Source: a virus
Taxonomy: Duplodnaviria > Caudoviricetes
IMG/VR virus record: IMGVR_UViG_3300011335_000515
Location: 1-40,666 of that record
DNA: 40,666 nt
Direction: 5' to 3' (one strand)
Each line of letters starts with the position of its first letter. Within the stretch, counting starts at the first letter, position 1. The notes under the pieces are model-generated. The model did not search any database. It saw nothing but the letters and a program-made list of their open reading frames with translations, and was not told the origin of the DNA. Shown piece after piece: positions 34,511 to 40,666 of the stretch. The position numbers and the translations under genes were made by a program.

Positions 34511-35229
34511 TAGGCGGAAGTCTCCGGTGGGTTGTTCGCGATGATATCGCCATCCGCCCACGTCGCGTAAAGATAGCGCGGGGTGTGGCCGGAGCCGCGA
34601 TCAAACTTCCAGTGCGTCCGTTTGAGGAGCGTCTGGCGAAGGGGGGTGTGGGTGATCTCATCGGAGATGGCGGCGGTGACAGAAGTGGACCCAACCTTGA
34701 CGCCTGTCTGGCCTCCTACCGTCCCCATCGCGGACACGGATAGGCTACCGGGGGTGATGACGACACCGGGCTGACCAATAACAGGGTCGTTGCCAGTAAC
34801 GGTGGAGCCGTTGTTAAAATCACCAACGCCAGCCCAGCCAGCACCAGTCTGGTTAAAGATGTCGCGGAACTCAGAACTCCACACGTTCATCTCATCGGCG
34901 GTGGCGATGATGACCGCTGCGGTGATGTTGGTGGTGAAGTCCACCGCAGCACCTCCCGGAGTGAGGGATGCCTTCAACGTGGAGCCGCTGGAATTGATCG
35001 CCCAGTAGATCGTGCCTGTGGTGAGGCCGGAGCCGCCAGCGATGGACTGGAAATAGAACGGCGTGCCGGTGGGGATCGCGCTACCGGCGACAGTGATGAC
35101 ATCTGTAGAGGCGACCCCCGTGACGGGCGAATAGGAGCTGATAGCCCCGGTGAGGGTCACGTCCTCCATCTGAGAGTAGTGAACCCACTGGCGGTTTTTA
35201 CGGATGAGATAGACGCTTGAAGCAGGCAT
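34510..35229 (-). CDS. Putative tail-associated structural protein
   Basis: Gly/Ser/Thr-rich, with a DVITVAG..GLTTGTIYW..TLKAS..GGAAVDFT beta module common in phage tail proteins. Confidence 0.65.
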   Translation of the reverse strand: MPASSVYLIRKNRQWVHYSQMEDVTLTGAISSYSPVTGVASTDVITVAGSAIPTGTPFYFQSIAGGSGLTTGTIYWAINSSGSTLKASLTPGGAAVDFTTNITAAVIIATADEMNVWSSEFRDIFNQTGAGWAGVGDFNNGSTVTGNDPVIGQPGVVITPGSLSVSAMGTVGGQTGVKVGSTSVTAAISDEITHTPLRQTLLKRTHWKFDRGSGHTPRYLYATWADGDIIANNPPETSA

Positions 35230-35234
35230 GGGAA

Positions 35235-35693
35235 TTAGGTGTTGAACCAGCGTGAGGGTTTAAGCCATCCTTTCGGGCCTAGAGCTTTGACGGCAAAGCC
35301 CATCGTCCGGGCCTTGGAAGGGCGCATCCCCTCTTCGAGGAGGCGGTCTTCAAAATGCTGGTGGACGACGCCGGGTGGCGGGGGGTTGGGAAGCGTGCCC
35401 AGTTGCTCGATGAGCCATGAAGAACCTCCAGCGAGGAGGTCGCAGAGGAAGTCATGCTCCAGAGCCGGGACTTCGGTCAGCCCGTCACGGGTAAATCCGA
35501 TGAGCCACGCAATCTTCGGAGTGCTGGCGCGGTCGAACTTGTACCCGTAGGGGATCGTGAACGATCCAAAGTCGCGCACCTCGAAGGTCCACGACTCCAA
35601 AAGCTCAAACATCGTGCGCCCGAAGAACAGGAATCCTTCGGTGCCGCGAACGGCCCGCACGCGTGGAGGCATCCGGTACTCAGTGGTGCCCAT
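35235..35693 (-). CDS. DUF1353-like protein
   Basis: FTIPYGYKFDRASTP..PALEHDFLC matches the F.TD.ASIP..A..HD.L pattern; ATG 35693. Confidence 0.75.
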   Translation of the reverse strand: MGTTEYRMPPRVRAVRGTEGFLFFGRTMFELLESWTFEVRDFGSFTIPYGYKFDRASTPKIAWLIGFTRDGLTEVPALEHDFLCDLLAGGSSWLIEQLGTLPNPPPPGVVHQHFEDRLLEEGMRPSKARTMGFAVKALGPKGWLKPSRWFNT

Positions 35694-36105
35694 GCCGTCT
35701 GTCCTCCTCTTGGTAGTGCTGCTGCGTGTGAACGCTGGCGCGGGCGTAGTCGAACTGGAATTGGAGCGCGGTCTTGCCAAACTCGGAAAACCATGCGTTC
35801 TGCTTTTCCAATGTCTCACTGACCTTCTTCAAGGTTTCGCTGTTTTCTACGATGGCTGCTGTGGTTACGGCTTGCTGCGCGAGCCACTTCGTCGCTACCC
35901 ACCGGAGGATACCGGCGACTGAGAGAAAGAGGACAATGATGGCCGAGATGAGGACGCCGTAGAAGGGCCACTCACCTGCCTCGTTCGGCAGTGGAATGAC
36001 GCTCTGGATCGTCGTCGCCGCCAACGCCCACATCGCTACGAACATGCCACTGATGTAAGTGACGAGGTCGGGCGGAGCGTGGAGAAGTGCGGCGAGGTGT
36101 TTCAT
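35680..36105 (-). CDS. Two-TM membrane protein, holin candidate
   Basis: Hydrophobic segments LVTYISGMFVAMWALAA and FYGVLISAIIVLFLSVAGIL, followed by a coiled coil. Confidence 0.55.
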   Translation of the reverse strand: MKHLAALLHAPPDLVTYISGMFVAMWALAATTIQSVIPLPNEAGEWPFYGVLISAIIVLFLSVAGILRWVATKWLAQQAVTTAAIVENSETLKKVSETLEKQNAWFSEFGKTALQFQFDYARASVHTQQHYQEEDRRHGHH

Positions 36106-36476
36106 ACAGGTTCCTCAAAAAGATCGAGAGTAATGAGGGCGGACCAATCTTCGGGGGCGAAGGTTTCGGGCAGTTTAAGCTTCAAACCTTCCGGCAGTCC
36201 AAGGTCAATATCGTGGTCGAGGCTTTCCAGTTCGGCCATGAACTCCGGCACCTTGTCAGGCGGGATGCTGACTTGATCCGGTTGATCTTCGATGGGTTGG
36301 CCGAGACGCTTGAAGAGCAGGTTGCGCTGCTCGTTGAACAGTTGCAGCTCGGACTCAATGACTTTGGAAATCTTCGCAAGCCACAGGCCGGTCTTGGCCG
36401 GGACCGTGGAGGCAAGGACTCGTTTGAAGGAGTCTTGAAAGGACTGATTGACGACGGTGGCGAGGCGGATGGTCAT
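36102..36476 (-). CDS. Hypothetical acidic helical protein
   Basis: ATG 36476 (MTIRLATVV), ATGA-coupled, downstream of the fibre gene. Confidence 0.65.
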   Translation of the reverse strand: MTIRLATVVNQSFQDSFKRVLASTVPAKTGLWLAKISKVIESELQLFNEQRNLLFKRLGQPIEDQPDQVSIPPDKVPEFMAELESLDHDIDLGLPEGLKLKLPETFAPEDWSALITLDLFEEPV

Positions 36477-36772
36477 GGCTGTTTGGCTTTGAGGTAGGCG
36501 ACGACATCGGGCAGGGCGGTGAGGGTTGCCTGCATGGCGGCAGCAGCAGAAGGGACGTTCTGAACCACCTCCCAAAAGGAGCCAGTGGCGGCCTCCGTGC
36601 CCGCGTGGTGCATTTCTTTGGACTCAGAATTGCGAGGCACTTGAACGACCTGAATACTCGCGAGAGCCTCGTCGTGAAGATTGGTGCAGATGAACTGCGT
36701 GAAGAACCACTCATCAAAGGACTTGGCTTCGGTGGCTGGGATCGTGATAGGTGGCGTGATAGGTGAAGGCAT
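36473..36772 (-). CDS. Hypothetical protein (possible fibre-associated)
   Basis: 99 aa, immediately after the fibre gene. Confidence 0.6.
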   Translation of the reverse strand: MPSPITPPITIPATEAKSFDEWFFTQFICTNLHDEALASIQVVQVPRNSESKEMHHAGTEAATGSFWEVVQNVPSAAAAMQATLTALPDVVAYLKAKQP

Positions 36773-36776
36773 GGCG

Positions 36777-37994
36777 TTAAACTTTCAGGCAGATTTTGTA
36801 GGAAACTCCGTTGATGGTGACAGGCCAAGTGCGATCACTCACAACGGTTTCGGTTGTGACAGCAGTGACGTTTGGGAACGCAATCGCGCCCGCGTTGTCG
36901 ATAGTCATGCGCGTGGTCAGCGTGTTAGCTGTCGATCCAGTGCTTCCGGTAGGAGCGGTCTGGAAGATCAATGACCCGCCGCCGCCTGTGCCGGTGCCGT
37001 TGCCGCCTGCGATGGTAAGCGATGCCCCGGCAATATTGGTGTCGGTGCCAGCTCGGGAGGAAGCTCCGCGTAGGGTGTAAGCAGTCGGTGAGGCCGCCCC
37101 AACGCCGACTTGAAGTGTGGTCGTTGAGGGGCGGATGCAGGCGAGGGAAGAGCCGGTATCGTAAAGGACGCCGAGGAAGTTGGAGGAGTTCCCGACCTGC
37201 GCTCCACGAAGCTCTCCGTTTGAAGGGGATGCGTAAGCTCCATTATTGAAAAACAATGTGCCGCCTCCGGTTACGGTAAAAAAAGCAGTTCCAGCGGGGC
37301 TTGTAAGGTCAAGCACCCTGTTTGTGGCCTCGGTGCCAGTAATGACGAGCTTCTCCTCAGTCAGAACCATGCGGTCTGTCGCTCCAGCCGTGCCGCCGAG
37401 TACACGAAACAACGTCGATGCGGCGGCGAACTGCCCAGCCGTGGCTGTAACTGCGACATCCATGCCACGATGGGTGGTCCCAGCGCCGCCATTCCACGTT
37501 TGCGTGAGACGAAGCCCGGTTGTCGCTAGTGTGCCGACTCCGATTGTCAGCGCCCCCGTCATGGTGTCGCCATCGAGGCGTACCATGCCAGCGGTCCAAG
37601 CAGAGCCGCTATGGAGTTGCAGACGCGCAGCGGTCGTGTTCCAGATAGCCATGCCCGCCTGTGGTGACGCAATAGCATCACGCTCGGCGGTGGTCAGGTT
37701 GTTCAGTCGAATCCCTGCATGCGTGGTGCCGCTGAATTGCTGGAGGGCGGTGAAGGTGTTCGCGCCGAGAGTCGCCTTGAGATTGAGCGCCGTTTGAAGG
37801 TCGGTCTGATTCGACAGAGTGCCTGTGATCGCGCCCCATGCAGTCGAGCCACCTCCACTCCCGCCGCTGTTATTACCAACGGCCACAATAGCCTGTTGTA
37901 GCAAGCCGGGGATAGTGGAGTCAAAGGAGTTGCCCCCGATGCTGTCGAGGGCGGTAGTGCGCGCGGCGCTGGAATAAAGGGTTCCTACGTTCAT
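36777..37994 (-). CDS. Fibre protein (tail or head fibre)
   Basis: Gly/Thr/Ala-rich with WGAITGTLSNQTDLQTALN, LTTAERDAIASPQAGMAIWNTT, GDTMTGALT and GGSLIFQT..RMTID fibre motifs. Confidence 0.85.
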   Translation of the reverse strand: MNVGTLYSSAARTTALDSIGGNSFDSTIPGLLQQAIVAVGNNSGGSGGGSTAWGAITGTLSNQTDLQTALNLKATLGANTFTALQQFSGTTHAGIRLNNLTTAERDAIASPQAGMAIWNTTAARLQLHSGSAWTAGMVRLDGDTMTGALTIGVGTLATTGLRLTQTWNGGAGTTHRGMDVAVTATAGQFAAASTLFRVLGGTAGATDRMVLTEEKLVITGTEATNRVLDLTSPAGTAFFTVTGGGTLFFNNGAYASPSNGELRGAQVGNSSNFLGVLYDTGSSLACIRPSTTTLQVGVGAASPTAYTLRGASSRAGTDTNIAGASLTIAGGNGTGTGGGGSLIFQTAPTGSTGSTANTLTTRMTIDNAGAIAFPNVTAVTTETVVSDRTWPVTINGVSYKICLKV

Positions 37995-38269
37995 ACTCCG
38001 TGGATCGCGGTAGCGATGATGAATTGTTGAAGAAGGTCAGGGATGGTGTTGCCCAGAGCCGTCCCTCCGATGCTCGCGACGGCTTCCGTTTGAGCGGCAG
38101 CCGAGAATGGGCTTCCTTGAGAAAGGGCAGCGCCCGTGACGCAGGTGGCGACAACCAACTGTTGAAGCAGGTCGATGATGTTCGGTGGGAAAGAGTCACC
38201 GCCGATGGCAGTGAGCGCGGCTGTCTTGGCAGCCAGCGAGTAGGGAGTGCCGACGTTTACACCGTTCAC
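37991..38269 (-). CDS. Small structural protein with two ~40-aa repeats
   Basis: Two copies of G(T/S)P(Y/F)S.AA.T.A...IGG......I.DLLQQ...AT; GTG start overlaps the upstream stop. Confidence 0.7.
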   Translation of the reverse strand: MNGVNVGTPYSLAAKTAALTAIGGDSFPPNIIDLLQQLVVATCVTGAALSQGSPFSAAAQTEAVASIGGTALGNTIPDLLQQFIIATAIHGV

Positions 38270-38493
38270 ATCCCACCTCCTTTCAGCGCCTTGCCGAAGG
38301 CTTCGGAGTCCATCTCGACTTCAACCTCGCCGCCTTCGTCCTCTTCGGACTCCATGGCGGTCACAGGTTCTCCTTCGATGGACACAACTTCCAACTCGTT
38401 GCCCTTGCGGCGCACGAGCGTAGTGACCTCAAACTCGTCGCCGTCCATCCGGTCTGCGAGGTCGAGGGTTGCTGGAATGGGGATGACGGTCAT
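38266..38493 (-). CDS. Small acidic protein with a scaffold-like C-terminus
   Basis: ATG 38493 (MTVIPIP); ends EMDSEAFGKALKGGGM. Confidence 0.7.
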   Translation of the reverse strand: MTVIPIPATLDLADRMDGDEFEVTTLVRRKGNELEVVSIEGEPVTAMESEEDEGGEVEVEMDSEAFGKALKGGGM

Positions 38494-38581
38494 AAGATGT
38501 GGGAAAATTCGTGCGGGAATGTGCGGGTTAGGGGAGTGGGCCAGCCCCCGCACGGGACTGACCCACCGATCTCCATTGAGC

Positions 38582-39760
38582 TTAGTAAGCTGGGCAGGAG
38601 GTGGTCACGACGTTCGGGCAGCGTTTGAAGCGCACGACGTAGCCGTATTGCGTCTTCTTCGGCTTGTAGGCGGCGTAGAGACGGGCGCTGTAGAAGCCGA
38701 TGTCGTTGTAGGGGTTCGTGTCCTTGTTGGCGATGTTCAGCCAGACAACGTCGCCGTTGAAGCTGACGGTCTTCGCGCTGGTGCCCGCGCCAAAGGAACC
38801 TTTGGGGGTGGGCACCTGACGGCAGACCACATCGGGGTGCCAGAGATACATGTCCTCGAACTGCGCCGATTCGTAGGCAGGGTTCACGATGGCCTCATCG
38901 CCGATGGTCGTGGCGCTGGCGAGGTAGAACGGACGTTCCACCCAAGCACCGCCGACGAAGTCGTAGCGAGGCATCTTGTTGTCGATGACGTGCATGAAGC
39001 CACGGTAGGTGAGGTCGATGCCCCAGCTCTTGAGGAGCGTGGCAGCCTCGGCACCGCGACCGGACTCAGCCCAGCGGAAGTTGTCCTGAATGTCAGTGGC
39101 TCCGTTCGTGAGTTGGGAGTTGGCCTCCATGGACATGATCGCAGGGATGATCGGGGCACCCTGACGCATGGCGTAGGGTTCCTCGCCACCGCCGTCCTGA
39201 GTGATGCGGCGGTAGAGAACGTCGAGCAGACCTTGGTTGAGGGTGGAGGTCGCCACGACAGCGGGCATAGTCGTGCCGCCAGTCGTCTCGGAGAGAGAGC
39301 TGTTGAACACGATCTTGTGACCGGCGTTCTGGAAGAAGAGCGCCTTGTCGCGAGCCTCCCACGCATCGACCACGTTCCCCACGAAGTTGTCGCGGAGGGC
39401 AGCGATCTGCTCGGTGGCGTTGTAGGCGGCACGGAGGTCCGTGAAGCAGACATCGGTCGAGTCGATGCGGGTCTGATAGGCAGAGTAGGTGAGCTGGGTC
39501 AGCGCGGGGGCGACCACGGTGGGGGTCGGCACGCAGTTGTTGCCAGAACCGTCAGGCGTGGAAACCGCCTGCCAGCCGCCGCCCGTTCCGTTGGAACGCT
39601 TGACGATGACAGTGGAGAAGTTGAAGCCGATGCCTTCGGGCAGGACTTCTTTGCGCATGAGGGCGGAGACGCGGCCTTTCACACGGCTGATCTTTTCGAT
39701 CTTGCCTTGGATACGGGAAGCGTCCGAGATGAATGTTTCGTTGAGGGGGTCAGCAGGCAT
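38582..39760 (-). CDS. Major capsid protein
   Basis: 392 aa with strong codon bias and its own promoter, downstream of a scaffold-like gene. The C-terminal ..NPY..GFY.A.L..AYKP..YGYVV.FKRC strand pattern is capsid-like. Confidence 0.8.
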   Translation of the reverse strand: MPADPLNETFISDASRIQGKIEKISRVKGRVSALMRKEVLPEGIGFNFSTVIVKRSNGTGGGWQAVSTPDGSGNNCVPTPTVVAPALTQLTYSAYQTRIDSTDVCFTDLRAAYNATEQIAALRDNFVGNVVDAWEARDKALFFQNAGHKIVFNSSLSETTGGTTMPAVVATSTLNQGLLDVLYRRITQDGGGEEPYAMRQGAPIIPAIMSMEANSQLTNGATDIQDNFRWAESGRGAEAATLLKSWGIDLTYRGFMHVIDNKMPRYDFVGGAWVERPFYLASATTIGDEAIVNPAYESAQFEDMYLWHPDVVCRQVPTPKGSFGAGTSAKTVSFNGDVVWLNIANKDTNPYNDIGFYSARLYAAYKPKKTQYGYVVRFKRCPNVVTTSCPAY

Positions 39761-39931
39761 AGTGGTGGGTGGGTGTTGTTGTGCCCTGCCTGCTCACTTG
39801 CGGAGTTTCCCCGTAGTTTGACGCGACAAGGCGAATTGGCCTTTGCGAGTCAGGGGAGGTGTCCTGAGAGTTGAACGCTCCTGTTGTTAATGCCCGCGAA
39901 GGTCTCGGGCGCTTTTTACACTTCTGGCGGG

Positions 39932-39960
39932 AGTCTGTGCTACCTCGGCAACCCTGTCAA
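39932..39960 (-). promoter_or_regulatory. Putative promoter for the capsid gene
   Basis: Minus strand TTGACA-17 nt-CAGACT just downstream of a terminator. An imperfect palindrome TCAAC-TATATT-GTTGA overlaps the -35 box. Confidence 0.6.
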
Positions 39961-39995
39961 CTATATTGTTGATCGGAAATGTAGGGAATTGGGGC

Positions 39996-40032
39996 AAAAG
40001 AAAACCGCCGTCGAGTTACAGCTCGACGGCGG
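39996..40032 (-). terminator. Rho-independent terminator after the scaffold gene
   Basis: Perfect 11-bp stem CCGCCGTCGAG/CTCGACGGCGG, followed on the minus strand by TTTTCTTTT. Confidence 0.9.
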
Positions 40033-40129
40033 CCTATCTTCCTCGTGGTCCAGCCAGACCTGAGACAGGCGCTAGCCAGAAGCCCATTGCTGGGAGAGGT
40101 TAAGGACGCTACCGCACCCCCTTCGATGG

Positions 40130-40666
40130 TCAACCCCTTTTCTTGAGCGCGTCGGCGAAAGCACCTTCATCCATCTCGCCGTCATCCGGCTTCGTGGTGC
40201 TGGCACCTTTGTCTTCGACAGCCGGGCGACCTGCCTTCCACGCACTCACGGTCTTCTCCAATTCGGCGATCTTGGCACGAGCTGACATGAGTTCTTTTAG
40301 CGCGGGCTTGAACAGCGCAGCCTTCTGAGCCTGCAACGCTTGGCCCTCTGGCGTGGTGTCGATCCTCGCCTCGGCGACCGCCTTGGCGTCGGATTCGTCC
40401 TTGAACAGGGAGGGCCACTTCGTTCTGAGCTGCGGCAGGAGGTGCTCGCTCGCTTTGACGAAGTCGGCTTCCGAGGCTTTTGACTGCTCGGTCTTCTGCT
40501 GCTCGCGGCTGGTTTTGAGGGACTGCCACGTTTCCTGCACCTTGGCTTCCATCTCCTCGGCTTTCGCGTAGAGGGACGGCAGGCTGTTGGCTTCGAGGAT
40601 GGCGGCGTCGGCAGCAGCTTGAAGCTCGATGGGGTCAACGGGGGAGTCGGAAGCCTCGGAGGCAGC
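40130..40666 (-). CDS. Probable capsid scaffolding protein (5'-truncated by the window edge)
   Basis: The frame is open to the window end; coiled-coil, Ala/Glu/Lys-rich, directly upstream of the capsid gene, ending in a flexible linker plus EMDEGAFADALKKRG. Confidence 0.7.
   Translation of the reverse strand, partial: AASEASDSPVDPIELQAAADAAILEANSLPSLYAKAEEMEAKVQETWQSLKTSREQQKTEQSKASEADFVKASEHLLPQLRTKWPSLFKDESDAKAVAEARIDTTPEGQALQAQKAALFKPALKELMSARAKIAELEKTVSAWKAGRPAVEDKGASTTKPDDGEMDEGAFADALKKRG

Noticed and set aside
38500-38560. Possible terminator after the capsid gene (GTGCGGG/CCCGCAC repeats)
   Set aside because: The loop is large and the U-tract is short and offset, so it is too weak to call.
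38000-39874. 624-aa ORF on the + strand
   Set aside because: It is the antisense shadow of the strongly codon-biased capsid and neighbouring genes, with no motifs.
1-40666. tRNA, rRNA, integrase, RNA polymerase, portal or reverse transcriptase genes
   Set aside because: None was recognisable by eye. Portal and primase probably lie outside the window, and lifestyle cannot be determined.

Overview
This is a fragment of a GC-rich tailed dsDNA phage genome, probably podovirus-like, with two convergent gene arms that meet at about 19070. The + arm (1-19072) carries a replication module: Cas4-like/DUF2800 nuclease, SSB, family A DNA polymerase, DEDDh exonuclease, VRR-NUC nuclease and SNF2 helicase. 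It also has three HNH endonucleases, a DNA adenine methyltransferase, a matrixin-like protease, the large terminase, and a methyltransferase/glycosyltransferase cassette. The - arm (40666 to 19069) carries morphogenesis genes: truncated scaffold, major capsid, fibre and tail proteins, a holin-like protein, a second glycosyltransferase/FkbM cassette, and internal virion proteins including a 2436-aa protein with two zincin motifs. The standout is a 313-aa intein in polymerase motif B (3777-4715). Its endonuclease is not part of the intein polypeptide: a complete HNH gene (3922-4665) lies in the +1 frame while the intein frame stays open across it, making a dual-coded intein/endonuclease element. 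Other highlights are a small protein that copies the scaffold's C-terminal motif, a 40-aa module shared by a small protein and a fibre, a recurring TTGAC(A/G)ATA(C/G)CGC promoter-like motif, and candidate structured RNAs. All calls come from reading motifs by eye; no searches were run.
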